Assembly: GCA_963667465.2 (NCBI GenBank)
Contig: CAXXDN010000002.1
Coordinates: forward strand, 1,600,001-1,664,000
Direction: 5' to 3'
Origin: Dehalococcoidia bacterium
GTDB lineage: Bacteria; Chloroflexota; Dehalococcoidia; UBA2979
Length of the DNA: 64,000 nt
Shown in pieces: positions 17,292 through 27,293 of this stretch; position 1 is the stretch's first letter, and each line of letters opens with the position of its first letter. A program made the translations under genes and the position numbers. The notes under the pieces are model-generated. The model was not told where the DNA came from and did not search any database. It saw only the letters and a list, made by a program, of their open reading frames with translations.

Positions 17292-18404
17292 CTACCCGGT
17301 CGCCGGGACGCCGGCCCTCGCGAGGGCCGCGCCGGCGCCGGCCTGCTCGAACGCGCCGACATGCGGCAGCACCTCTCGCGCGAACAGCTCGAGCATCTTC
17401 GTCGTCTTCGCGGGGCCGTAGTACGGCGGGTAGTGGATCATCACCGACGAGGCGCCCGCCCGGGCCAACTCCTCGAGGCGGCGCAACACCGTGTCCGGCG
17501 ACCCGTGCAGCACGGTGTCCCGGGTGATCTTCTCGTAGGCGAACGCATCCTCGTCGCTCTTCTCGGTGACGTCGCCGAGGTAGCTGCCGGTCCTCCCGCT
17601 GAGCAGGAAGCTCGTCATGTGGCGCACGATGCCCTCTTCGGACTCCTCGCGGGCGATCGCGTCCGACTCGGCGACATAGACCATGCGGGCGACGTCGACA
17701 TCGCCGAAGGCCGGGTTCCGGCTGTAGGGAGCCTGCGCCTCCGCCATGTGCTCGCGGTAGAACGCCACGTGTTCGCCGATCGTCTCGATCGATGGCAGTG
17801 CGGACTGCATGAGGCCGAAGCCGTTGCGGGCCGCGTACGCCATCGAGCCTTCCGTGCCGGCCGCCATGTAGATCGGCGGATGGGGCTGCTGGATCGGCTG
17901 CGGGAAGACCTCGCTCTGCTCGTCCATCGTGATCTTGAAGAACTGGCCGTCCACGTTGACGCGCTTGTCGAAGAAGCCCTGCAGGATCAGCGGCACCGCC
18001 TCCTCCCGCATCATCACGTGCCGCTCGTCGTAGTCGACGCCGAGGCCCTCGAACTCGTAGGGCCGGTAGCCGGAACCAAGGCCGAGCTGGAAGCGGCCGT
18101 CGCTCAGGATGTCGACGAAGGCCGCGTTCTCGACGATCCGCAGGGGATGGTGCAGCGGCACGACCATGACGGCCGCGCCGAGCTTGATGCGGCTGGTCTT
18201 CGCGGCGAGGTAGGACAGGTAGCTGAACGGGTCGGGCAGGATGCCGTACGCGTTCGAGAAGTGATGCTCCGCGATCCAGACGCTGTCGTACCCGTTCTCC
18301 TCAGCGGTCAGCACCTCGTTGGTGACGCGTGCGTGGACCGACTGATGCGGATACGGCGACGTCTCCGGGTCCGGGTGCGAGGTGAGCAGCAGTCCGATCT
18401 TCAC
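17292..18404 (-). CDS. Luciferase-like monooxygenase (LLM class flavin-dependent oxidoreductase)
   Basis: WIAEHHF, HPLRIVE, LSDGRFQLGLGSGY, PIQQPHPPIY. GTG start with GGGAGA RBS. Confidence 0.9.
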   Translation of the reverse strand: MKIGLLLTSHPDPETSPYPHQSVHARVTNEVLTAEENGYDSVWIAEHHFSNAYGILPDPFSYLSYLAAKTSRIKLGAAVMVVPLHHPLRIVENAAFVDILSDGRFQLGLGSGYRPYEFEGLGVDYDERHVMMREEAVPLILQGFFDKRVNVDGQFFKITMDEQSEVFPQPIQQPHPPIYMAAGTEGSMAYAARNGFGLMQSALPSIETIGEHVAFYREHMAEAQAPYSRNPAFGDVDVARMVYVAESDAIAREESEEGIVRHMTSFLLSGRTGSYLGDVTEKSDEDAFAYEKITRDTVLHGSPDTVLRRLEELARAGASSVMIHYPPYYGPAKTTKMLELFAREVLPHVGAFEQAGAGAALARAGVPATG

Positions 18405-18553
18405 GTTCAGTCTCCCAGCGAATTCCGCCCGCCAACGATAGCCGCATCCCCGCTCAGGCCGCCATCGCCGTACCGCTGCTATAGGCTTGGCGACGAACTG
18501 CGAACTGCAACGGGGCGAGCCGGCGAGAGCGCTTCCGTGCGAGGAGGAGAACA

Positions 18554-19243
18554 GTGACCGCATTCGTGCTCATCCACGGCGCATACCAGGGCGGCTGGAT
18601 CTGGGCCCCCGTCGCCGCACGGCTGCACGCCGAGGGCCATGTCGCGCACGCGCCGTCGCTGGACGGCTGCGGCGAGCGGGCGACACAGCTGCGGCCCGGC
18701 ATCACCACGGAGTCGCAGGCGGAGGAGACCGCGCAGTTGCTCTTCTACGAGGACCTGAGCGACGTGGTCCTCGTCGGGACGTCGTCGGGCGGAATGGTCG
18801 CGGCGAGGACGGCCGAGCTCGCGCGCGAGCGGGTGGCTCGCCTCGTCTTCGTCGACGCGCTCGTCCTCAAGCCCGGCGAGACCATCGGCGATATCGTGAA
18901 CCGGCCGAGGCCAATCAACAGCGACGTGGCGACCGGCCGGCCCTCCGAGGAACGCCTCGCGGACCTGCTCCGCGATCTCCCGCGCGAGAGCGCCGAGTGG
19001 GCGGCGGAGCGCTTCGGCTTGCACCCCGCCGCGGCATTCGCCGAGCCCGTGGTGCTGGACTCGTTCTGGGACCGGGAGTGGGACGCCTCGGTGATCTGGT
19101 GCCGGCGCGCCGCGAACCCCGGCGAGGCGCACCAGCGCCGCTGCGCGGAGGCGCTCGGCGCTCGCTGGCACGAGCTCGACACCGGCCACTACCCGATGCT
19201 CAGCGAGCCGGACGCGCTGACGCGGCTCATCCTCGAGGGGTAA
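18554..19243 (+). CDS. Alpha/beta hydrolase, tandem paralog 1
   Basis: FVLIHGA..GGW.W, VGTSSGG nucleophile elbow, TGHYPML. Confidence 0.88.
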   Translation: MTAFVLIHGAYQGGWIWAPVAARLHAEGHVAHAPSLDGCGERATQLRPGITTESQAEETAQLLFYEDLSDVVLVGTSSGGMVAARTAELARERVARLVFVDALVLKPGETIGDIVNRPRPINSDVATGRPSEERLADLLRDLPRESAEWAAERFGLHPAAAFAEPVVLDSFWDREWDASVIWCRRAANPGEAHQRRCAEALGARWHELDTGHYPMLSEPDALTRLILEG

Positions 19244-19276
19244 CGAGCGAGGCGATTCCGTGCGAGGAGGGAACCG

Positions 19277-19960
19277 ATGACCGCATTCGTGCTCATCCAC
19301 GGCGCATACCAGGGCGGCTGGATCTGGGGCCCCGTCGCGCGGCGGCTCCGCGCAGCGGGCCATGACGTGTACGCGCCGTCGCTCGACGGCTGCGGCGAGC
19401 GGTCGGAGCAGGACCGGCCGGGCATCACTGTCGAGTCACAGGCCGACGAGATCGCGGAGCTGCTCTTCTACGAAGACCTTGGCGACGTGGTGCTGGTCGG
19501 CACCTCGTCGGGCGGGATGGTGGCGACGAGGACGGCGGAGCTCGCACGCGAGCGGATCGCCCGCCTCGTCTTTGTCGACGCGCTCGTGCTGAAGCACGGC
19601 GAGACCAGCGCGGACGTCCTCCAGCGGCCGCGGACCCCCGCCACGGCGACCGGCCGCCCGACCGAGGGGCACCTGGCGCGCCTGCTCCACGGCCTCCCGC
19701 CCGAGACGGCTGCGTGGGCAGGCGAGCGCTTTCGGGGTCGCCCCGGCGGAACCGTCACGCAGCCCGTCGTGCTGGAGTCGTTCTGGGATCAGGACTGGGA
19801 CGTCGCGGTCATCTGGTGCAGGCAGGCGCAGAACCCCGGCGAGGCCCACCAGCGCCGCACCGCGGAGACGTTCGGCGCCACCTGGCTCGAGCTCGACACC
19901 GGCCACTACCCCATGCTCAGCGAGCCGGACGCGCTGACGCGGCTCATCCTCGAGAGCTGA
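19277..19960 (+). CDS. Alpha/beta hydrolase, tandem paralog 2
   Basis: Same motifs as 18554-19243, with near-identical N- and C-termini. Confidence 0.88.
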   Translation: MTAFVLIHGAYQGGWIWGPVARRLRAAGHDVYAPSLDGCGERSEQDRPGITVESQADEIAELLFYEDLGDVVLVGTSSGGMVATRTAELARERIARLVFVDALVLKHGETSADVLQRPRTPATATGRPTEGHLARLLHGLPPETAAWAGERFRGRPGGTVTQPVVLESFWDQDWDVAVIWCRQAQNPGEAHQRRTAETFGATWLELDTGHYPMLSEPDALTRLILES

Positions 19961-19983
19961 CGCACGAGGCGGCGCGAGCCGAC

Positions 19984-20235
19984 CGCTCAGCGACCCTTGA
20001 ACACGGGCTCGCGCCGCTCGCCGAGCGCCGCGCGAGCCTCGGCGGCGTCCTCCGAGGTGCGGGGAATGGGCGAGGCGTTCGAGGTCAGCACGGCCGTGTG
20101 TTCGAGCGTGGTGTCCATGGCCGCCCGGATCACCCGCTTGTTGACCCGGGAGACCAGCGGCGGGTTGCGCATGATGCGGTCGCACAGCGCACGCAGCTCC
20201 GCCTCGAGGTCCTCGGCAGGGACGAGCCTGTTCAG
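19984..20235 (-). pseudogene. Truncated 3' copy of the enoyl-CoA hydratase gene (direct repeat of 21781-22032)
   Basis: 252-bp near-identical copy encoding LNRLVPAEDLEAE...EPVFKGR*, with no 5' part. Confidence 0.88.
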
Positions 20236-20360
20236 TTCCCCCTCGCCGTATTACGCATGCAGTCTGGCGGGCGTGGCTTCACATTTTGGGGACGGCTTGC
20301 CCTTCGAACGCCGGCTGAGTGCGCAGGAGCTACGGCCGACCGTTCAGCCACTCGCCAGCG

Positions 20361-21770
20361 CTAACCGACGACAACCGGCGCCACCGCTCCGAGCAGCCAG
20401 CGAGCGATCGCCGTCATCGCGGCGTCCTGGTGCGGCTGGCCGAAGACCTGCACGCCGACGGGCATCCCGCCGACACTCATGAGCGGCATGCTCACTGCCG
20501 GGGCGAACAGCATCGAACTCGGGAAGTTGAACACCGGATCGCCCGTCGGGCGCGCGGCCAGTGGCGCGCCCGGCTCGTCGCCGAGCCAGACGTGCGCGGG
20601 GCCCGGGCAGGAGAGTGTGATGATCGCGTCGGCGGATGCGGCGAGGGTGGCGTGCGCCGCCTGGGCGGCCTCGCGGGCGAGCAGCGCCGCCCGGTAGTCG
20701 TCCACCGCCATCGCCTCTGCCCGCGCAAGCACGGCCTTCGCCCGCTCGCTGACGCCGTCCGGGTGCTGGTCGACGAGGTTGCGCGTCGCCCAGCGGTTCT
20801 CCCAGCCGGTGATCGCGTTACACACCTCGCTCGCATCGCCGACGGCGCGCTCGAGCGATTCGACCAGCGGGTTGTCCGTTCGCCGCAGGAGCCGGACGCC
20901 CAGCTCGCTCAACTGACCGAGGGCTGCCGAGAAGCCCTCCTTGCTGGATTCGTCAAGCTCGGCCCAGCCCTGCGTCTCGAGGACGATCAGCCGCTCGGGC
21001 TTGCGCGGCTCAGGGGTCGTCGCGGGCCCGTCCAGGCCGGGCCAGCCGCGATCGCCTCCCGCCCGCCGCACGATCTCGATGGCGACCTGCCACATGTCCT
21101 CGATGCAGCCCGCGTGGACGCCGTGCGTGCTCATGCTTGTCGCCTGCCGCTCGCCGCGGTTGATGCCGCCCTGCGTCGGCTTGAGGGCGACGTTCCCGCA
21201 GTAGCCGGCGGGCCGGATGATCGAACCGCCGACCTGCGAGCCAATCGCCGCCGGGAGCATGCGCGCCGCGACCGCGGCCGCCGATCCCGACGAGGAGCCG
21301 CCCGGCGAGCGCCGGGGGTCGAACGGATTGGTCGTTGGCCCCGGGTGCGCGCCGCCGAGCTCGGCCGTCACGGTCTTCCCGAGGATCACGGCGCCCGCCT
21401 GCCGCAGCGCCCAGACGGCGGCGTTGTCGCGCTCCGGGAAGTTCCCGCTGAACGCCTCGCAGCCGTACTCGGTCGGCATGTCCTTCGTCTCGAGGAGGTC
21501 CTTGATCCCGACGGGCATGCCGTCGATCGGGGAGCGCGGCTCGCCCGCGGCCCAGCGCTCCGTGCTCGCGTCGGCGGCCGCGCGCGCCGAGTCCCGGTTG
21601 AGGTACGCGAAGGCCTGCACCACCGGCTCGCGCTCCTCGATGGTCGTCAGGCAGCGCTCGAGGTAGTCGCGGGGCGTGTCAGCGCCGCTGCGGAAGCGCT
21701 GGGCGGCGTCGTGGAACCTCAGGGGCTCATGGGCCCGCGGGTCGTAGCCCGTCGCGCTGGCCTGCGTCAT
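20361..21770 (-). CDS. Amidase (amidase signature family)
   Basis: GIKD, GKT, PGGSSSGSAAAVA, GSQVGGSIIRPA. Confidence 0.92.
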   Translation of the reverse strand: MTQASATGYDPRAHEPLRFHDAAQRFRSGADTPRDYLERCLTTIEEREPVVQAFAYLNRDSARAAADASTERWAAGEPRSPIDGMPVGIKDLLETKDMPTEYGCEAFSGNFPERDNAAVWALRQAGAVILGKTVTAELGGAHPGPTTNPFDPRRSPGGSSSGSAAAVAARMLPAAIGSQVGGSIIRPAGYCGNVALKPTQGGINRGERQATSMSTHGVHAGCIEDMWQVAIEIVRRAGGDRGWPGLDGPATTPEPRKPERLIVLETQGWAELDESSKEGFSAALGQLSELGVRLLRRTDNPLVESLERAVGDASEVCNAITGWENRWATRNLVDQHPDGVSERAKAVLARAEAMAVDDYRAALLAREAAQAAHATLAASADAIITLSCPGPAHVWLGDEPGAPLAARPTGDPVFNFPSSMLFAPAVSMPLMSVGGMPVGVQVFGQPHQDAAMTAIARWLLGAVAPVVVG

Positions 21771-21783
21771 CACCCAGCCTCGC

Positions 21784-22641
21784 TCAGCGACCCTTGAACA
21801 CGGGCTCGCGCCGCTCGCCGAGCGCCGCACGAGCCTCGGCGGCGTCCTCGGAGGTGCCGGGAATCGGTGAGGCGTTCGAGGTCAGCACGGCCGTGTGTTC
21901 GAGCGTGGTGTCCATGGCCGCCCGGATCACCCGCTTGTTGACCCAGGAGACCAGCGGCGGGTTGCGCATGATGCGGTCGCACAGCGCACGCACCTCCGCC
22001 TCGAGGTCCTCGGCGGGGACGAGCCTGTTCAGGACGCCCCACTCCGCGGCCGTCGCGCCGTCGAGGTGGCCGGTGAAGGAGAACTCGAGCGCGCGACCGA
22101 GGCCGGCCAGTCTCGTCAGGTAGTAGGCGCCGCCGTTCTCGATGATCTGGCCGACCTGGTGGTAGGAGATGAAGCGCGTGTGCTCGCTGCCGTAGCGGAT
22201 GTCGCATTGCAGCGCCATGTCCATGCCGAACCCGGCTGCCACGCCGTTGACCATCGCGACCGTCGGCTTGCGGATGAACGAGATGTCCTTCATCAGCTTG
22301 GTGATGCCGTAGTAGAAACGCTGGCGCGTCGCATCGAGCCCGCCGGCCTCGTACGGTGCGTTGCCGAGGAAGTTGTCGCCGCGCTGGAAGTCGCCAAGGT
22401 CGGTGCCCCTGACGTTCACGCCCGCGCAGAAGCCGCGCCCGACACCGGTCAGCACGATCACCTTGACGTCCGGGTCGTCGTCGCCGGCGCGCATGTACTC
22501 GCCGACCTTGGCCAGCGTGCCGGTCCGCTCGGGACCGCCGACGGCGGCGTTGAGCATCTCGGGTCGGTTGAACTTGATCCAGAGGATCCCGTTGTCCTCC
22601 TTCTCGTAGAGGAGGTACGGGACGAGTTCGAGTTGCTGCAT
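21784..22641 (-). CDS. Enoyl-CoA hydratase/isomerase family protein
   Basis: FNRPE.LNA, GRGFCAG, KPTVAMVNG.AAG.G, P.FKGR C-terminus. Confidence 0.9.
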   Translation of the reverse strand: MQQLELVPYLLYEKEDNGILWIKFNRPEMLNAAVGGPERTGTLAKVGEYMRAGDDDPDVKVIVLTGVGRGFCAGVNVRGTDLGDFQRGDNFLGNAPYEAGGLDATRQRFYYGITKLMKDISFIRKPTVAMVNGVAAGFGMDMALQCDIRYGSEHTRFISYHQVGQIIENGGAYYLTRLAGLGRALEFSFTGHLDGATAAEWGVLNRLVPAEDLEAEVRALCDRIMRNPPLVSWVNKRVIRAAMDTTLEHTAVLTSNASPIPGTSEDAAEARAALGERREPVFKGR

Positions 22642-22762
22642 GGGAAACCCCTTCGGACGCCTCAGATTCTCAGACGCGCCAGAGCGTAGCGCCTTGCCGG
22701 GGAAGCGGACACTCGCCAGGCCGGACGGGCACGTCGCCGCCAAGCGACCTTCGCGGGGCCGA

Positions 22763-23617
22763 TCAGCCGCTGAACAGCACCGGCTCCCCGCCCGAGGCGA
22801 TCGCCTCGGTGCGACGCCGTACCTGTTCGATGGCCTTTTCCGGCTGCGTGAGCACGTAGAAGCGCTCCTCGCGGATCGCTGCACAGACCAGATCGGCGAT
22901 CTCCCCGGGTGTCCGGTATTCGCCCTCAGGCTCCGCTTGCCGGTCGCGCATCCGCGCCTCGTAGCGCTCGCGCTCCAGCGCCACCCGCTCCTCGTCGCCG
23001 GGCTCGCGGTACTCCGCCGGACGTTCGCTCTTCGCGATTCCACCGGAGATGCGACCGGGTATGAGGAGCGAGGCCCGCACCATCGCGCCGGCCTCGGCAA
23101 GCTCGTGGTGCAGCACCTCGGTCAGCGTCACGATCGCGCCCTTGCTCACTACGTACGGACTGTTGCCGCGCCGCCCGCCGAAGGCCGGGACAGTCGTGGT
23201 GTTGACGATGTGCCCCTCGCCCTGCGCCAGCATGATCGGCACGAAGACGCGCACGGCGTGCACGGTGCCCCAGAGGTTGCCGTCGAGCGTCCAGCGCCAG
23301 TCCGCGTCGCTCGCCTCCCAGAGATTCGCGCTGCGCGGGTTCACGCCGACGTTGTTGCAGAGCACATGCACCGCGCCGAATTCCTCCAGCGCGCGCTCGG
23401 CGAGAGCCTGCACCGCGGCGAGCGCCCCGACATCCGTCGGCACCGCGAGGCAGCTCGCGCCCGCCGCGCGCAGCTCGGCCTCCGCGCTCGCCAGTCCCGC
23501 GGCGTCGATGTCCGCCAGCACGACCCGCATCCGCTCCTCCGCGAAGCGTCGCGCCAGCGCGAGCCCGAGGTTCCCGACTCCCGCGACGATCGCCACCCGG
23601 CCGCTGAGTTCTTGCAC
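22763..23617 (-). CDS. Short-chain dehydrogenase/reductase
   Basis: Real gene is the C-terminal part of the long ORF, from GTG 23617: LSGRVAIVAG, VLCNNVGV, GHIVNT, YVVSK. Confidence 0.82.
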   Translation of the reverse strand: MQELSGRVAIVAGVGNLGLALARRFAEERMRVVLADIDAAGLASAEAELRAAGASCLAVPTDVGALAAVQALAERALEEFGAVHVLCNNVGVNPRSANLWEASDADWRWTLDGNLWGTVHAVRVFVPIMLAQGEGHIVNTTTVPAFGGRRGNSPYVVSKGAIVTLTEVLHHELAEAGAMVRASLLIPGRISGGIAKSERPAEYREPGDEERVALERERYEARMRDRQAEPEGEYRTPGEIADLVCAAIREERFYVLTQPEKAIEQVRRRTEAIASGGEPVLFSG

Positions 23618-23750
23618 TCTCGTTCCCCCTCGCCGCCGCGCCAGCCGGAGACTCGCATCGGAGCTTGACGCCCCGGACTCCAGCTGGATGCTAGTCTCCG
23701 CGCCGGCGGCCTGCGAGCGAGCCTGCGCCTGCCGCGAGGGGAGCGAACGC

Positions 23751-24497
23751 GTGACAGCCGACCGCGATCTCGAGGGCAAGACCGCGCTCATCACCGGTTC
23801 CGGCCGCAACCTCGGACGCGCCATCCTGCTCGAGTTCGCGGCCCGTGGCGCGAACGTCGTCGTCAACGCGCGCAGCAACCGCGCCGAGGCCGAGGCGGTC
23901 GCGGAGGAGGCCCGCACGCTCGGTGCGGACGCCCTCGTGGCACTCGGCGACGTGGGCGACGCGGACGCGGTGGGCGCGATCGTTGACAAGGCGCTGCGGC
24001 GCTTCTCCGCGATCGACATCTCCGTCAGCAACGCCGCCACCCGTCCGCACCAGAGCGTCCTCGACATCAGCCCCGAGGAGTGGCGGCGCTCGCTCGCGAC
24101 CAACCTCGACGCCTCGTTCCACCTCGCGCAGGCGGTCGCGCCCTCGATGATCGAGCGGGGCCGGGGCCGCATCATCCACATCGGCGGCGGCTTCGGCGTC
24201 GAACCCGGCCGGGTGCACACGCTCGCGGGCAAGGCGGGCCTGCTCGGCCTCACGAGGGCGCTCGCGGCCGATCTCGGGCGCCACGGCATCACCGCCAACA
24301 TGGTCGCCCCCGCGGCCATCGACGTGAGCGGCGAGCGCGACGGGCGCCCGCCCGAGAGCGGGCCGGACGCCGTCCCGCTGGGCCGCTGGGGCACGCCCGA
24401 GGACGTCGCCTGGGCCTGCGCCTTCCTCGCCTCGGAGCGCTCGGGCTTCATCACCGGCCAGGCGCTGTACGTCAACGGCGGGCGGATGATGCGCTGA
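23751..24497 (+). CDS. Short-chain dehydrogenase/reductase (FabG-like)
   Basis: TGSGRNLG, VSNAA, PLGRWG.PEDVA, ITGQ...VNGG. His replaces the catalytic Tyr (HTLAGK). Confidence 0.85.
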   Translation: MTADRDLEGKTALITGSGRNLGRAILLEFAARGANVVVNARSNRAEAEAVAEEARTLGADALVALGDVGDADAVGAIVDKALRRFSAIDISVSNAATRPHQSVLDISPEEWRRSLATNLDASFHLAQAVAPSMIERGRGRIIHIGGGFGVEPGRVHTLAGKAGLLGLTRALAADLGRHGITANMVAPAAIDVSGERDGRPPESGPDAVPLGRWGTPEDVAWACAFLASERSGFITGQALYVNGGRMMR

Positions 24498-24673
24498 GGG
24501 CCGGCGCTCGGCCCGGGAGCGCCGGGTCTCGCGCGACTCGATCTGTAGACTCGATGCGCGGCCCGGCCCCGCGGGAGACGCCTCCGCAGCCGGGCGGCCG
24601 AGCTCGCCGCTGCGGCGCGCCGCATGGAGAGCGAACGGCACACGTCAGGTCGGCGCAGGACCCGGAGGTTGCG

Positions 24674-25882
24674 ATGGCGGGACCGCTGAGCGGGATTACG
24701 GTGCTCGACTTCACCTGGGCGATGGCCGGCCCCTACGGGGTGATGATTCTCGCGGACCTCGGGGCGGAGGTGTGGAAGATCGAGACGCCGTTCCAGACGG
24801 AGCGGCGGCGCGGGAACGGGCCCTACGTGCACGGGGTCAGCACCTACTTCTTCTCGATCAACCGGGGCAAGAAGAGCATCATGCTCGACCTCAAGGCGCC
24901 CGAGGCGACGGAGATCGTGCACCGGCTGGTGCGGCGCGCCGACGTCGTCACCGAGAACTTCTCGCCGGGGACGATGGAGCGCCTCGGCTTCGGGTACGAG
25001 GCGCTGTCGGCGCTGAATCCGGCGCTGGTCTACGCCTCGACGTCCGGGTTCGGGCAGACGGGGCCCTACCGGGAGCGGGGCGCCGTCGACATCATCGCCC
25101 AGGCGACGGGTGGAGTGATGAGCACGACCGGGCACGAGAGCGATCCGTCGCCCTCGCGCGCGGGGTACTCGATCGGCGACATGGCCGGGGGGATCTTCAC
25201 CGCGATCGGAGTGCTCTCGGCGCTGGTGGAGCGCAACTCGAGCGGCCTCGGTCAGCACGTCGACGTCGCGATGGTCGACGCCCAGGTGGCGCTCATGGAG
25301 AACGCGATCGTGCGCCACTTCGCAACGGGCGAGGTGCAGCCGCGGGCGGGACTGCGGCACCCGCTGAGCACGCCCCACCAGGCATTCCCGGCGAGCGACG
25401 GCTGGTTCGTGGTGGCTGGAGTGCGAGACCACGGCTGGCAGCTCTTCTGCGGCATGATCGAGGCGGACGAACTCGCGGTGGATCCGCGCTTCGCGGAGAA
25501 CGCGCTGCGAACGCAGAACTACGCAGAGCTGGAGCCGCTGATGTTCGCGGCGACGCGGCGGAAGCCGCGGGATCACTGGCTGGAGACGCTGAAGGACCAG
25601 TTCCTGGTGGCGCCGCTGAACAACGTCGCGGACGTGGCGCGGGATCCGCATCTCCGGGCGCGCGACATGTTCCGCGAGCTGCCGACGTGGACCGGCGGGA
25701 CGCTGACGGTCTCGAACACTCCCGTGAAGCACTCGCGCACGCCCGGCGGAGCGGAGCGCGGGGCGTCGAAGCCGGGCGAGCACAGCCGCGAGCTGCTGGA
25801 CAGCATCGGCTTCCTCGAGGCGGAGATCGACGACCTCGTGGCGCGCGGCGTGATCGCGGAGGAGCCGGCAGAGGACGAGTAG
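24674..25882 (+). CDS. Class III CoA-transferase (CaiB/BaiF)
   Basis: LADLGAEV.KIE, NRGKKS, ENFSPG, GFGQTGP and catalytic Asp motif IGD. Confidence 0.92.
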   Translation: MAGPLSGITVLDFTWAMAGPYGVMILADLGAEVWKIETPFQTERRRGNGPYVHGVSTYFFSINRGKKSIMLDLKAPEATEIVHRLVRRADVVTENFSPGTMERLGFGYEALSALNPALVYASTSGFGQTGPYRERGAVDIIAQATGGVMSTTGHESDPSPSRAGYSIGDMAGGIFTAIGVLSALVERNSSGLGQHVDVAMVDAQVALMENAIVRHFATGEVQPRAGLRHPLSTPHQAFPASDGWFVVAGVRDHGWQLFCGMIEADELAVDPRFAENALRTQNYAELEPLMFAATRRKPRDHWLETLKDQFLVAPLNNVADVARDPHLRARDMFRELPTWTGGTLTVSNTPVKHSRTPGGAERGASKPGEHSRELLDSIGFLEAEIDDLVARGVIAEEPAEDE

Positions 25883-25901
25883 GCCGCTCCGGCCGCGACG
25901 C

Positions 25902-26921
25902 CTACGGCAGCATCGTGGGCAACACCCACATAGGCGTCTCGCCGACCTCGTACGTCTCGAGCGGCGTGAGCGTCCCGCTCTCGCCGTCCACCCGGTACGA
26001 GGTGAGGCGGCCGGACTCGAGCCCGCTGGCGAACACGAAGCGCCCGCTCGGATCGAGGCCGAACGCGCGCGGGACGGGCTCGGCCGCGACGCGTCCGGTG
26101 GCCGTCAGTAGCCCCGTCGCGTCATCGAGGGCGAAGCTCGCGACGCTGTTGTGCCCCCGGTTCGGTGCGAAGAGGAACCTCCCCGACGGGGTGATCTGGA
26201 TCTGCGAGCAGGAGTTGCCACCGTCGAAGTCGGCGGGGAGCGTCGAGACGGTCTGCACGGGAGCGAGCGTTCCGCTCTCCCGGTCGAATGCCCAGGCAGT
26301 CACGCTGCAGCCCTGCTCGTTCGAGGTGTAGACAAGGTCCTTGTCCGGATGGAAGCAGAGGTGGCGCGGCCCGTCCTCGCCCTCGGGCTTGGCCATGGCC
26401 GGGTCGTTGGGCGTCAGCTCGCCGCTGCGTTCGTCGAACCTGAACTGGAAGACCGCGTTGGGGCCCCGGTTCTCGATGTGCGGAACGAAGACGAAGCGGT
26501 TCGAGGGGTCCGTCTGGATCGAGTGCGCCCCGGTCGCCGTGTCGAGCCAGTGCACGGCCGGACCGCCGAGGGCGCCGGCGGCGTCCAGCGGGTGCACGGC
26601 CACCTTGCCGATGAAGTAGTAGGACGAGAACAGGAAGTTCCCGTTGCGGTCGGTGGCGACGAAGTTCGGCTCACCCTCGAGCGGTACCGTCCCCGTCATC
26701 GAGAGATCGCCCGTGTCGGGGTCAACATCGAAGCTCGACATCAGGCGCTCGTTGCGGCGCCCGACGTACATGCGCCTCCGCTCGGGATCGAGGGCGAGTG
26801 GCGCCGGTCCCCCCGACACCTCGATCTCGTGCCGCTGCTCGAGCCGGCCATCGGTGGGGTCCATCACGTAGCGCAGGATCTTGTCGTCGCCCTGCAGTGA
26901 GACGTAGACGTAGGTGGTCAT
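25902..26921 (-). CDS. Beta-propeller lactonase (6-phosphogluconolactonase family)
   Basis: AHSI..DP, GPRH, NE, NRGHNS, PR.F motifs. Confidence 0.88.
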   Translation of the reverse strand: MTTYVYVSLQGDDKILRYVMDPTDGRLEQRHEIEVSGGPAPLALDPERRRMYVGRRNERLMSSFDVDPDTGDLSMTGTVPLEGEPNFVATDRNGNFLFSSYYFIGKVAVHPLDAAGALGGPAVHWLDTATGAHSIQTDPSNRFVFVPHIENRGPNAVFQFRFDERSGELTPNDPAMAKPEGEDGPRHLCFHPDKDLVYTSNEQGCSVTAWAFDRESGTLAPVQTVSTLPADFDGGNSCSQIQITPSGRFLFAPNRGHNSVASFALDDATGLLTATGRVAAEPVPRAFGLDPSGRFVFASGLESGRLTSYRVDGESGTLTPLETYEVGETPMWVLPTMLP

Positions 26922-26966
26922 TCGTTGCCTTCCCCTCGGCGCATGCGGGCTGTGCGAGCCCGTGCG

Positions 26967-27293
26967 TCAGCTGTCGCGCGATCGTGAGCGGCGGCGGGAG
27001 CCCCTGGCCTGTGCGTCCGGGGCGAGCACCGCCTCGGCGTGCTCGATATCCGCGAGCGCCTGCCGGAACACCACCTGCTTGAGATAGGTCTGGTACGGGA
27101 CACCGAGGATCGCCGCCGCGCGCTTCACGACGGCGATCTGGCCCTTACCCCAGCGCAGGGTGACGCTGCCGGTCGCGAGCTCCCGGTCGGCCTCAGCCTC
27201 CAGACGCGAGACGAGTTCGGAGACGCTGGCGTCTTCCTCGACACGCTCGTCGACGACTTTCATCTCGCGGGACTTGCGCGGCCTGGCCATCAT
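26967..27293 (-). CDS. Putative CopG/BrnA-like RHH antitoxin
   Basis: VTLRW...VKRAA..LGVPYQTYLK ribbon-helix-helix pattern. Overlaps the upstream gene's stop. Confidence 0.65.
   Translation of the reverse strand: MMARPRKSREMKVVDERVEEDASVSELVSRLEAEADRELATGSVTLRWGKGQIAVVKRAAAILGVPYQTYLKQVVFRQALADIEHAEAVLAPDAQARGSRRRSRSRDS

Noticed and set aside
22763-25783. 1006-aa minus-strand ORF
   Set aside because: Mostly the antisense shadow of two plus-strand genes (SDR and CoA-transferase). Only the last ~284 codons are a real SDR.
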